Positions 10,593 through 21,164 of a stretch of 39,398 nt of DNA are shown here, in pieces (position 1 is the first letter of the stretch; every line of letters starts with the position of its first letter). The stretch comes from Saprolegnia diclina VS20 (taxonomy: Eukaryota). The translations under genes and the position numbers were made by a program. The stretch spans positions 186,037-225,434 of the forward strand of contig NW_008246116.1 in assembly GCF_000281045.1 (NCBI RefSeq), given 5' to 3'. The notes under the pieces were generated by a model that worked only from the letters and a program-made list of their open reading frames with translations, searched no databases and had not been told where the DNA came from.

Positions 10593-11869
10593 TTACATGC
10601 GGCATTGGAGCGTCGCTAGCATCGCATTGCGCTTCTTCTGGACCATACCCGGCACGCGGCCCATGGCGCGATGGAGCCACGTACACAATGCGTCAAAGTT
10701 GATGCCAGGCGATGGGACGCCGAGGCTTTCACGCTGCATTCGTGCTCGACTGTACGCGAGAAGGGCCGTTTGCACGTAGAGCAGCATCAAGACACCACTG
10801 TCGTGGGGCTCGCGCTGCAATGGCACCTTGGCGAATCCCTCAAGAAGGTTCAGCGGCGCGTCACTGCGTGGACGGCTCGTGCGCTGCACCGCCGCCAGAA
10901 AATTGCGCACTTGGGTGTGAATCGTGCGCTCGCGGTGCACACTGTCGTACGTATCGAAAAATGCAATCGTTGCCGGCGTCGTCGTAGCTGCGTCGAGACG
11001 GAAGACCATGGTCACGCTCCAGTGGTCTCTATATTCTCGTCAGAAGTCTGTCATGCAAGCTGAAAAGCTCGTACTCTTGAAGTAGCGGCAGCACGACAAT
11101 CTCGGTCGAGAGAATATCCAGGTATGCTGCCGGCGATGGCGGTGGAGCGCCAGATCCCATGAGCGACGACAGCACTGATGCAGGAAGGATGCGGCAGTAT
11201 GATTTGGTCGCTGCACACAGGTCATCTTGGAGCTCACTACAGCCGCATGAGCCTTCCAGCCAAGAATTTGGATGGACCGTACGAGAGAAACCGGTCAACA
11301 AGGTTCATCGTCAAGTCCATGCCCGCTTCAAGACGTGCAACGTCGCTCAATGGGGCCATCTCGGCAGGCGCGGACGCCGGAAAAAGCGCGACCGAGGCTA
11401 CTGCCTCTTCTTTGTCTGCACCAGCGCCATATCGTCGGGAGCGCTTGACCGCAGCACTCGTTGCCGCAGGGCCATCGCTCGTTCGCTTGCCGACGACATG
11501 CGAAGCAATGGCTCGTCCCGACGCAGCCGGAAAATCGCCCTCGCCACGGTCGTACGTCGCGCTCTTTACCGAGTACCGCACGTCAAGAAGAAGCTCGTCA
11601 AACTTGAACCGAATCTCATCACGGTCGCGTGTAAGAGCTGCAAGCTTGGCCTTGAGCTCGGTGTTCTCGCGCTCGAGCGCCGTCTTGGCTCGTTGGAGGG
11701 CTCTATTGGCTCGTAGCGCGTCGTCGCGCTCGGCTTCAACGTCGAACCGATTGAGGACGCGATGCGCGTCGCGGAGCTCCTTGAGCGTTGCGACAGTCGC
11801 CTGCGCCTGCGTTTCGACGACCGCAAGCTTGTCGTCGATGAACTCGCCGTTAGCGCGAGTTAGAGCCAT
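10593..11869 (-). CDS. Coiled-coil plus Ulp1/C48 (SUMO-protease-like) fold protein with Ser at the catalytic Cys position; exons 11869-11283, 11236-11075, 11028-10593
   Basis: Two 46-nt GT-AG introns (11237-11282, 11029-11074) join three track ORFs to give ...VVLPLLQEDHWSVTMV...IAFFDT...VPLQREPHDSGVLML, the motif order of C48 peptidases. Confidence 0.72.
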
Positions 11870-12632
11870 GGCAACAATGCAAGGCGATAGCTATTGTAGG
11901 TTGCTCGTTGTTGATGCGACCGTTTGAAAACTTGCCCAACTGGCTCACCTGAAATTCTGTTTTGGCTCGGCAGTTGACCCAGCAGCCATGCCATCCAGTG
12001 GCCTGTCCACGGCGAACGCGTAAGCTACAGCAGTACCAAAATTCTATGAGCGGTAATGTTGCGCGGACTGTGGCCGCCACGTTTCTCAATGCTGCCGACA
12101 ATGCGGAGTAGTTTCGAGAGGCATTGGCCCACGGCACACCACAACATAAAACAGTGTTCAAAACAGCTGTTCGATCCAGGCCGACGCAGCGACGTACACA
12201 GGTCTCGACGATACCCTTGTCGGTGGTCAAGTAACCAGTGCCATCGAGCGCATTGCGCGACTCACAGCGGTGCACCAAAGATACGTAGTGCCAATGTGAC
12301 AGCGATGCCGTGCTTGACCAATGATAAACGGCGTCATATTGACCTGAATGGCTTTGGCTGCTTCTCGTGTGCATCATTGGCTCCGGAAATCTACAAGCAA
12401 CGCACATGCAGGTGTCCCACAATGTTGTCATGCGGGTTGAACCCGGGCGTCTCCAGTACGAGCTGACGATCTGCAAATCCAAATGGACCAATCAGCAGAG
12501 AAATCTCATTCTGATTGGTCACGAGTTGGCGAATCAGCGCGCTGGATTGGCGCAGAATGTATGTCTCGCAATGGCGATCTTGCTCGTTGAAACAAGACTT
12601 TGTTCAACTGTGAGCATGTGCTGGAACGAGTT

Positions 12633-12935
12633 GTATATATGAGCGTGTTTCGCGTTATCTTGGTTCTTACAAAGACTTCGCATACGTAGAGACTGGCAAT
12701 CTCCTTCATATGCTCGCCGGGCCGTGGCTTGCGCAGGTGGCGGCGCGGGGGCTCGTCTGGCTCTTCTGTCGTCGCCCTACGACGCTTGTGGCCGCAAATG
12801 AGGCACTGGACGACACGGTCGGTAAAATCTTTCTGGCGTCACGGTCGGCGGCAAAGCTACGCAGTTTGTCAAGGTCCTCGGGAGACGCCAGCGACTGAGG
12901 CGGCGTCAGCGACTGGAGGTCGCGGCACTGGACGA
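12633..12935. repeat. Locally duplicated segment containing a gene 3'-end relic; direct copy at ~24803-25055, partial inverted copy at ~17050-17125
   Basis: All three sites share ACAAAGACTT...ACGTAGAGACT(G/A)GCAATCTCCTT. The 12.7 and 24.8 kb copies also share minus-strand coding-like text (PPQSLASPEDLDKLRSF vs PPQALASLEDLKKLRNF). Confidence 0.8.
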
Positions 12936-13107
12936 TGGGCAGCGTGATCTTGGTGCGCCCTAAGAAACGGGGCGCCTCGGATGAGCGAAGAAGCAGTCCG
13001 CAGCCACGTTGGCCGGGACGTCGCGGCCCAGCCGCAGCACGTGGCGAGTTCAACAAGCAATCTTTCGCCAAAGGTCCTTGACTATGCTCTTTGACTATGC
13101 TATAAAC

Positions 13108-13202
13108 ACACTGCTTAGAGCTCTGCAAGTGCCATTATGAGAACACATCGACGGGTTCTTCGTATCGCCTTGCGCGGAGAAGCTGCAGAACATCGTGTTT
13201 GC
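13108..13202. repeat. 95-bp identical direct repeat of 17361-17455; both copies abut N gaps
   Basis: ACACTGCTTAGAGCTCTGC...GAACATCGTGTTTGC is identical in both places. Confidence 0.9.
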
Positions 13203-13302
13203 NNNNNNNNNNNNNNNNNNNNNNNNNNNNNNNNNNNNNNNNNNNNNNNNNNNNNNNNNNNNNNNNNNNNNNNNNNNNNNNNNNNNNNNNNNNNNNNNNN
13301 NN
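13203..13302. other. Assembly gap (100 N)
   Basis: Run of N. Confidence 1.
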
Positions 13303-13428
13303 GACAACCTTGGTGAATGGAAGACTCCATCGCATTCAGCATTCGACATGTCGTCGATGCCCATGACAATCATCCGGATACTACGTTTCTAACCGGACTA
13401 TCATTCTGGCACCTCCAGAGTGACCGAC
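13303..13428. repeat. Direct repeat of 22418-22543 (3' flank of ankyrin gene B)
   Basis: GACAACCT(T/A)GGTGAATGGAAGACTCCATCGCATTCAGCATT...TAACCGGACTATCATTCTGGCACC is shared with scattered mismatches. Confidence 0.88.
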
Positions 13429-13599
13429 CGGCGATGGCCGCACCGGTAGGTAAATCTCACGTACACGGCGCTGACGTGGCTACGTAATGTAGAATGCTTC
13501 GTCGTACGACGTGTGGCTTTACGCCCGAACTGGCAACGAGCATGACGTGAAGCGGCGCGACGCTTGACCACCAAGACGAGGTGTGCGAGAAGAGATGGC

Positions 13600-13970
13600 G
13601 CGACGGCTCACAACAACAAATGGTTGTTTGGACGGTCGCCACTCCATGCAGCTTGTATCGAAGGCTTTGAAGCTGTAGTGCGGCTTCTTATCGATGCTGT
13701 CCACAAGCGCGGTATTCTTGCACCTGACACCAACCTCCAGCACGGTGAGACGCCCGAACTTATTGCCTCTCAGCGACTACATGGCTCGCGACGCATCCTA
13801 GTGCGAGGTAGTCACCTCTCGCGCGCCCAAGAGCTCTTGGCACAAGGTGTGCTCCCGTACGTGACGAACAAGATGCACCCGGCTTATCAAAACGAGCACT
13901 GAATTATTTTGTACTGCCTAGGCGGGCACACACTTCTGCACCTTGCTCTTCGCAACCACGAGTCAGTTTG
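13600..13970 (+). pseudogene. Ankyrin-repeat gene relic of the same family, opposite strand
   Basis: Reads GRSPLHAACIEGFEAVVRLLID, HGETPELIAS...AQELLAQGVLPYVTNK, then AGHTLLHLALRNHESV-stop. These match exons 8-10 of gene B but with deletions and a premature stop. Confidence 0.65.
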
Positions 13971-14143
13971 ACGCAACTGCAACGACGATGCATATAATAA
14001 ACATAAGTACACACCGAGACGACCGATATCTCAACGCTCGAAGGTCTCTGTCACTGCGAGAAAGCGCGTTTTTGCCGCATTCGCATTGAGGTTGTCGGTT
14101 GCAGAGCAGAGACATTCTATGCTAGTTTAGCATTAGTAGCTGT

Positions 14144-14340
14144 TTAGGTCGCTGACTGCTTTTGGTTGACAGTACCCTGGTCAATAGCGATGATGTGCAT
14201 GATGACCTGCTTACCGCCGTCGTTTGTGGCCGCACCACATCAATGCTCTTGAGCTCGATGCCCATACAGTACTTAGTCGAGCGCGGTAACGTAAAATCAA
14301 GGAGAAGCAAGACATTCACATGACGCGTACTCGCAGCATC
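14144..14340 (-). pseudogene. Decayed terminal portion of another ankyrin-family copy
   Basis: Ends ...MHIIAIDQGTVNQKQSAT-stop, homologous to ...AHII[NQIGVQINGNN]AINKGTVNEKRPTT-stop of gene B, with a similar 3' flank. It is frameshifted upstream. Confidence 0.65.
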
Positions 14341-14369
14341 GAGGCACGATTACTAGTCGAGATGCCTAT

Positions 14370-15915
14370 CTAGGAGGTGTATTGATGCACGGCTCCGTTG
14401 GTGGTGGAGTGGCTGCCATTGATCTGGACACCAATGTGGTAGACGGTGCGTGAAGATGCTGTGTGCGGTGCATGACGGTCTTCGAGCAACTCGACCATGC
14501 GATCGTCATTCCTTTTCCTCGCAATGTATAAAGGCTTGAGGGAGGGCTACGCAATTCCAAAGAGAGATATCGCTCGTCGTCGTGTACTAGTATGTGCGAT
14601 ACCTTGGTGGTAGAGTCCTTCACGTTTGCCCCGTTGCTCATGAGACATTGAACAACGCTATGCCGACCAGTCTTGACAGCAATAGAGAGGGGGGTGTAGC
14701 CGTCCTAATGCATCCAAAATAAACACATCACCTCTCTACTTTCACATGCCAGCTACGTACGTTGTCTGGCAGATTGATACTGGGACACGTACTATTCTTA
14801 GTACCGTCCTTCTCAGTGTCATTATATTTCAAAAGCAATTCGACAATGACGCCGTGACCCTCTTTGGATGCAATCCAGAGCGGTGTTTGGCCGAGCTACA
14901 ACCAGGCGTCAACGTTTTGATTCTTTGTAGATCTCGGAGGCGACAGAAATACCTTGTTGCGCCGTGCAACATCGACCCCAGGAGCGTCGACGAGCACCTC
15001 GAGTAGCGGATACTCGGCTTCGGGGCTGTTATTGCCAGTAGCACCCGAGGACGACTGCTGCAAATAGAAGCGGAGCGCAATGTGGAGCAGTGTTTCGGCA
15101 GCCTAGTTACGTTGGAGTCGCGAGAAGTTTAGGATTGTGGACAATACCTCGTTCGCAAGGTTGGGAGAAGCGCCGGCTTCTAAAAGATCTTTCACGCGCG
15201 CAACCTCGCAGCATCGCACGGCGTCACGTAGATCAGACGCGTTGCGTAATACGGCGCAGATGGCGTTGTATTCGTTTCGCCGCACATGGTTTTCCAAAAT
15301 GGCTTGAAGGATCTAGTATCATCTAGTACATTAGATGTCAGATATCCTCGGCATACGATTGACCTCACACAGCCTCATATCATCGCTGAGTAGAAAAGTA
15401 GCCAAACTCCACTGCCATCCAAGATTTGGACGGTCTGGGACGAGCTATCATATGCATATGAAAGGCATGGAATCGATGCTGCAGGACGTACTTCGCCGGC
15501 TACGTCGGCGCTGTCGTTAGCGTCTGGGCTTTGCTTGTACGTCACAATTTGCAGTGCCGTTTGCCCATCCTGTCAGTAAGATCATCATGGCCAAGGTCAT
15601 AGTGCGCGACAACGTACGTTGCTCAGCCCATCGACGTCGGCACCGGCTTCGAGGAGACGTCGCACGACAGCCTCATGGCCCATGACGGACGCGATATAAA
15701 GAAGCGTCCATCCTCCCTATCAAAAACGTGAGCGCTCGTGGCACAAGGTGCTTTGTACGTACTTCGGTTCTCGAATTGGGGTCCAAGCCGCGGCTCAGGA
15801 GCGCGGCCACTTCATTCTCGTTGCCCTTCCGTATGGTCTCGTGCGCGTCGCTTCCGGATATGCTCTACGAAGGCGCGTGAGCCCCACCCGCCGCTGGCTT
15901 TCAGCTTACGGCCAT
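14370..15915 (-). CDS. Ankyrin-repeat protein A (~337 aa) with C-terminal IGVQING motif; exons 15915-15910, 15864-15763, 15716-15618, 15569-15492, 15312-15148, 15102-14953, 14895-14761, 14704-14603, 14546-14370
   Basis: All eight introns are GT-AG and phase 0, and I found no stops in the exons. Repeats include GGWTLLYIASVMGHEAVVRRLLEAGADVD, LGQTPLWIASKEGHGVIVELLL and DGYTPLSIAVKTGRHSVVQCLMSNGANV. It ends VYHIGVQINGSHSTTNGAVHQYTS. The 179-nt intron at 15313-15491 is the least certain junction. Confidence 0.78.
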
Positions 15916-15955
15916 CGCCCGTCCGTCAGCGGTAGTCACAAAATGATGAAGTTGA

Positions 15956-16536
15956 AAATTCATATCCGGATGCAGGCATTATATTATAATAGTTAAAATA
16001 GGACCCCCGGTCACCCACCCATTACAAAAGCCTGGGCAAAACCTCGGGGGCCTTGGGTCGGAGGGCCTACCCTGGGGTCCCAAAGAGCTCTGTGGGTGGG
16101 GGTCTGGGCCTATCCTGACACTACCCTAGGGTGGCGCATGACCCCGGGACACTTCCAGAGCATTGTATTACGCTGCTGTGTTGGAGACAAAACGTTGGGT
16201 ATAATGCTTGCATAGGATATTGTACCCGAACGCTACTTCGTTGTGGCGATAGAAGACGTCCTCCTCCTCGCAATTAAGCATATCCTCGAGCGGTGTGACA
16301 CACCGAGGACCATCACTCATGCGTGATGGCCATCTGTTTTACCCGGCATATATCCGGCACTTATCCGGTCATTGGGGGCTGGGGGCTGGGCTGGGGTCTC
16401 GTACCCTGGGGGCAATCTACAAACAGGGATGTATGAGGGGCGGGGGCCATCATGGCGGATCTACCCTAGGGTAAGCCTTGACCCCCCTGGGTGACCGGGG
16501 GTCCTATTATAATGCCTGTCATCCGGATATGAATTT
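15956..16536. mobile_element. MITE-like / non-autonomous element with terminal inverted repeats
   Basis: Left end AAATTCATATCCGGATGCAGGCATTATA...AATAGGACCCCCGGTCACCCA and right end TGGGTGACCGGGGGTCCTATTATAATGCCTGTCATCCGGATATGAATTT are reverse complements apart from small indels. There is no ORF inside, and TACCCT(A/G)GGG recurs internally four times. Confidence 0.72.
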
Positions 16537-16990
16537 ACAAAAATAGTAATAGTATTATTATTACGAAGTGCGAAAAAAGTTACCGGCTCGATGTCATTCG
16601 AAGGAGACTAGCCACGTCATTGTCGTTGCCATCGCAGGCCGCGTGAGGCCGCGTGATACCGCCGAATGTGCTCTACGCGACGCGTCAGCGCCGATGTCCA
16701 TGACCTGCCGCTGCTTACGCTGGTCGGCCGCGAAGTGGTCAATCATCCGGTTAACAGATCATGTGTTTCATGTATCCGGATGACTGGCATCGCCGTTTCA
16801 GCCTCGAATGTCGAGAGCACCTGGTTATAAGGACTTGCGAAGATTGTCCTTGGGTTGCTACCCATGCCGAGACAACCGTAGCGGACAGCAGTGAGGATTC
16901 CGTCACTATGAGAGAGCCTTTTTTGGTGGGTTCGGGTGACTCCGTCCCAGAGTGAGCGGCGTCGCATCTATGATGAGGCGTCTCTCCTCG

Positions 16991-17067
16991 CAAGCGGTCG
17001 ACCCTGTTGTCGACCGCTTGTGTCAGTCCTTTGCGAGACTAGCAATCTTAAGGAGATTGCTAGTCTC
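16991..17067. repeat. Two adjacent perfect hairpins (12-bp and 14-bp stems)
   Basis: CAAGCGGTCGAC-cctgtt-GTCGACCGCTTG (16991-17020) and GAGACTAGCAATCT-taagg-AGATTGCTAGTCTC (17035-17067). Confidence 0.9.
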
Positions 17068-17160
17068 TACGTATGCGAAGTCTTTGTATAACTATGAAGA
17101 TAACGCGAAACACGTTCATATATATATGAGAGAGCCTGTTGTTGGCCCGCAGTCACAGTC

Positions 17161-17260
17161 GAGGTGCGCAGTTGTGAAGGTGATATTTCCATCACTTGGT
17201 ATACTAGTAGCAGTTTAGGTCGTCGGGCGCTTTTCGTTGACAGTGCCCTTGTTGATGGCG
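17161..17260 (-). repeat. Near-identical copy of the 3' end and 3' flank of ankyrin gene B (22574-22665), running into a gap
   Basis: GCAGTTTAGGTCGTCGGGCGCTTTTCGTTGACAGTGCCCTTGTTGATGGCG is identical and encodes AINKGTVNEKRPTT-stop on the minus strand. Confidence 0.88.
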
Positions 17261-17360
17261 NNNNNNNNNNNNNNNNNNNNNNNNNNNNNNNNNNNNNNNN
17301 NNNNNNNNNNNNNNNNNNNNNNNNNNNNNNNNNNNNNNNNNNNNNNNNNNNNNNNNNNNN
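17261..17360. other. Assembly gap (100 N)
   Basis: Run of N. Confidence 1.
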
Positions 17361-17757
17361 ACACTGCTTAGAGCTCTGCAAGTGCCATTATGAGAACACA
17401 TCGACGGGTTCTTCGTATCGCCTTGCGCGGAGAAGCTGCAGAACATCGTGTTTGCAAATGACTGGAAGCAGCCCAAGCTTCGCATATCAAAGAAAGAGGT
17501 TGATACATGTCTCGTTAGTTCGTGTCAGAGGCTCGGAGCGCCTCGAGCATACCACGACGTCGTGCCTGGACCTATCCTGGTACACTGAATGTCCTCGCCA
17601 GCAATGGTCAACACAACACGAGTTGAAACAGAGTTTGAAACAGCTGGTTGGGTGTGGTAAGACTCTGTAAAATACCGGTAAGCTGTTCTGTGGGCTCGAC
17701 CAGCTGGTTTCGTTACCAGACCGTGGGTGAGTCGGTGGTTTTTCGACGCGAAGCATC

Positions 17758-19217
17758 ATGGTCGGGGCATGGCTGACGTCCGCGAGGCAATGGTGGCGGC
17801 CCAACGCATGGAAGTACGTCGGCGCATGCGACCGACCCTCTCATGCCCGCTGGCGTAGGCTCGTTGTCGCGATGGTCCTCTACCACGGCTGGAACCACGC
17901 CGTCTTGGTCTTCCGCGCGTTCACACTGCTTCGCCGGCGCTTCCCGCAGCACTCGTACTTCCGCGCGCTCTGGTCGTCGTGCATCTACATCCTCACAGTG
18001 CAGCTCGGCGAGATTGGCAACGTGGCGTTTGGCGTGAGCCAGCCGCGGCTCGTGCGCCGGACGCTCGCCTCGTCGCTGCGGCTGCGCACGAACGACTTCA
18101 AGTACGGTCCGCACGAACGCCACGCGCTCGACCTCTTTGGCACGACCAAGGACGCGTCATCGATATCGCGGCCCGTCGTCATCTTCATCCACGGCGGCGC
18201 GTGGGCCATGACCAACAAGTTCCACTACGCGGCGGTGGGGCAGGAGCTCGCCAAGCATGGCATCCTCACGGTCGTCGCCAACTACCGCGTCTTCCCGCAT
18301 GGCGACGTCGAAGACATGCTCGAGGACCTCTCGTCGATCGTACACAGAATCGTCCGAGACCGAGCGAGATGACGACATGTGCGCTTCTTGTAGGTGCAAT
18401 GGACGGTCGACAACATTGCGTCCTACGGCGGTGACATTGGCAACATTACGCTCTCGGGGCACTCGTCCGGTACGTTCTTTGTTTTAGCAAAAGGACTAGA
18501 GGCGTATAGTAGGAGCCCACGTGTCGTCGCTTCTTCTCCTGCAGTCGGCGCGGCGCATCGCGGCCAACATTCCCCAGGTAATTCTCACACTTTGCCGCAT
18601 GTCAACAGCACCAAAAGCACATAGAAATTTGAAGCCGCCAAGCACATCAAGACCTACGTGGGCTTGAGCGGCCCGTACGACATGGACGACCACTACGCCT
18701 TTGAAGCGGGCCGGTCGATCGGGCCCTTCCGTGGTACGCTGTCTCCCCGCATACGCAGAGATCGACAACATATCGTCTGCTAGCCCACGCAATCTCGCCA
18801 CTGCATCCGTCGATGCACGGGCGCAAGCACTTTGGCTCGTTCAGCACACCGCAGCTCGTCCAGCCGGGACTCAAGTTGCCGCCGCGGATGCTCTTGTATC
18901 ATGGCATCGACGATGTGGTGGGCTAGATCAAAAACGTTATTCCCGTGTTGATACTAGGAATGGTGTAGGTGGTGCCGCTGAGCGCAACAGTCAAGCTCGC
19001 CAAGAGCTTGGTACGCTGTCGATCACGAGCTTGGTGACTCATGGATACTGTGTAGCGGGACGCGGGAACGGCTGTGGATGTTGTCGAGCTGCCGTGCGGC
19101 CACGTGGAGCCACTCTTGGCGCTCATGGGCGAAGACGCGGCGCTGAAAGAGGCCTTCTTTGCGTCGTTTTTGCCCGTCGTGCGACGCCCCCGCTGGCCGC
19201 TGCCGAGCAAACTGTAG
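17758..19217 (+). CDS. Multi-exon alpha/beta hydrolase (isoprenylcysteine methylesterase / HSL-like carboxylesterase) ending in SKL
   Basis: PVVIFIHGGAW oxyanion motif, NYRVFPHG, nucleophile elbow LSGHSSG (after intron 18340-18393), YVGLSGPYD, HGIDDVVP and PCGHVE. The last exon ends RWPLPSKL-stop (19215-19217). Confidence 0.85.
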
Positions 19218-19650
19218 ACATTGTATACATTTTCACTCGACGTTTGAGCTTGTTGAATCGTATGTTGATATATTGAAACCAAGGCTGAGCTTTTGATGTC
19301 TTGTATATGAAAACCGAGCTGATGAACAACGAGCACGCTTTGCGTCCCGCGCCCGCCGATCGTAGCAACGACTCGTGGTGCGCTTCTGCACTTGCCTGTG
19401 GCTCGTATAAAGTCGTAATACGAAGCACCCCTGAGACCCTAGCCTTTGGCGCGGTCAAAGTGAGTATCCCGAGCTGTTGCGAGACGTTATCGACGGTGGT
19501 GGCGTCAGGTGGTCGCAGACGGTGGGTCACGCGAGCTTGGTGCAGGTCACCAGCAATGACGCGCGCGGTTGTGCTCGTCTTGGCGGACTACTGTAGTGGT
19601 GACGACCACACCGCAAGGTAGCGTAAATAATTGTAGAAATTACAGTGTAT

Positions 19651-20574
19651 CTAGGCGGCATTGGCCATAAAGCGAGGACGCAATTTGGCCCAAAAACCGA
19701 GCTTCTTTGGCGCTGCTGTCGGTGACGCCAGCCACGATGGCGTTGGCCCATGTTGGAACCACGGATCCTGCAGCAGCTCGGCCGCCGTCGCGCGCTTGGC
19801 CGGGTCGACTGTGAGCATGGCCTCGAGGACACGGCGGGCATTCGCCGAGAGCCGGCCGCTCTTTTGCGGCGGGTACGGGACCGTCGACGCATGAGTGAGC
19901 CCGTGCAGCGTCTCGAACGACGTGCCAAACGGAAGGCGGTCAAACACGAGCGTAAACATGACAATGCCCGTGGCCCAAATGTCAACTGGCGTCCCATACG
20001 GCTGTGCGTGGGCGACTTCGGGCGCAAGAAACCCGAGCGTGCCGCACGCCCGCGTCAACGCACTGGGTGCATATGTGGCAAATCCGAAGTCGGCGAGTTT
20101 GACGGTATTGTGGTTGTCAAACAGGATGTTTTCGAGCTTGATGTCGCGGTGCACGAGGCTGCGCGCGTGGCAGTAGGCAAGTGCGCTCAAGACGCCATAG
20201 ACCACATGACGCACGTCGTCTTCGGCAAAGCGCCGCTGGTACTGAAACCGGTTGAATAGGTCGCCACCGGACAGGAGCTCGAGCACGACACAAGGGCCGT
20301 CGGTAGCCTCAAAACATTCAGTGCATCGGACAATGTTGGGGTGGTCCAGCGACTGAAGCAGCGCGGCCTCAGCGGTTGCGGCGGCGTCGGCATTGGTGAG
20401 CACTTTGATGGCAACTTTGGCGCCAGACCGGCGATGCTCGGCTTCGTGAACGATCGCCGAGCCGCCGGTTCCGAGAACGCGGCCGAGACGGTACTTGGTG
20501 CTGAGCGACGGGCGTCGACGAAGCGAAAACGACGGTATCGAGAGGCGAGGACGCGTCATCGGAGCTTCTGGCAT
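19651..20574 (-). CDS. Ser/Thr protein kinase, CAMK group, intronless
   Basis: LGTGGSA, VAIK, HRDIKLEN, DFG, CGTLGFLAPE and DIWATG are all intact. The likely start is ATG 20574, just after an Inr/FPR-like TCATTCGACAACTTT. Confidence 0.92.
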   Translation of the reverse strand: MPEAPMTRPRLSIPSFSLRRRPSLSTKYRLGRVLGTGGSAIVHEAEHRRSGAKVAIKVLTNADAAATAEAALLQSLDHPNIVRCTECFEATDGPCVVLELLSGGDLFNRFQYQRRFAEDDVRHVVYGVLSALAYCHARSLVHRDIKLENILFDNHNTVKLADFGFATYAPSALTRACGTLGFLAPEVAHAQPYGTPVDIWATGIVMFTLVFDRLPFGTSFETLHGLTHASTVPYPPQKSGRLSANARRVLEAMLTVDPAKRATAAELLQDPWFQHGPTPSWLASPTAAPKKLGFWAKLRPRFMANAA

Positions 20575-20888
20575 CGTACAAAGTTGTCGAATGAGAGAAT
20601 GGGACGAGGAACTCGACGATGTCGCGGGCCAATGAAACGCCCGCAAAACGATCTTTTCGTCGAATTGCGCGATATGATTGGCTGAAAAATCGAGGAAACA
20701 ACGACACCAAACCTCACGTGTTGGAATTTTGTCGTCAATGGGACATGCTTCGACACTCGATGCCTTTGTGTTCAACGAGTTAAATACATAGAGATACTGG
20801 AGTGGACAAGCCGAGTCCAACTGTTTCCTTGAAACACTGCATTGAACGCCTGGAAGCAGTGTTGACTGGATGACGACGACGAGTCACT

Positions 20889-21074
20889 NNNNNNNNNNNN
20901 NNNNNNNNNNNNNNNNNNNNNNNNNNNNNNNNNNNNNNNNNNNNNNNNNNNNNNNNNNNNNNNNNNNNNNNNNNNNNNNNNNNNNNNNNNNNNNNNNNNN
21001 NNNNNNNNNNNNNNNNNNNNNNNNNNNNNNNNNNNNNNNNNNNNNNNNNNNNNNNNNNNNNNNNNNNNNNNNNN
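20889..21074. other. Assembly gap (186 N)
   Basis: Run of N. Confidence 1.
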
Positions 21075-21164
21075 ACGATGAGCTGTCATCGTCAAGGGTG
21101 TTCCTTTGGCCATCTTCGCGCGCAGAAGTATCAACTCTAGTCGCATGTAATCATGTTGTACATA

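Noticed and set aside
11850..12560. 213-aa minus ORF and a CCAAT-containing 10-bp inverted repeat at 12486-12520
   Set aside because: The ORF lacks an ATG start, codon bias and motifs. The inverted repeat is explained by two opposed CCAAT boxes.
16800..16990. Possible structured ncRNA or tRNA
   Set aside because: I could not recognise a tRNA cloverleaf, A/B boxes or snRNA/snoRNA hallmark sequences; an Rfam search is needed.
13108..17455. Identical 95-bp direct repeats as LTRs or termini of a 4.3-kb mobile element
   Set aside because: Each copy abuts a 100-N gap, there are no TG...CA ends or target duplication, and no transposase or RT lies between them. They are more likely contig-end redundancy or a collapsed duplication.
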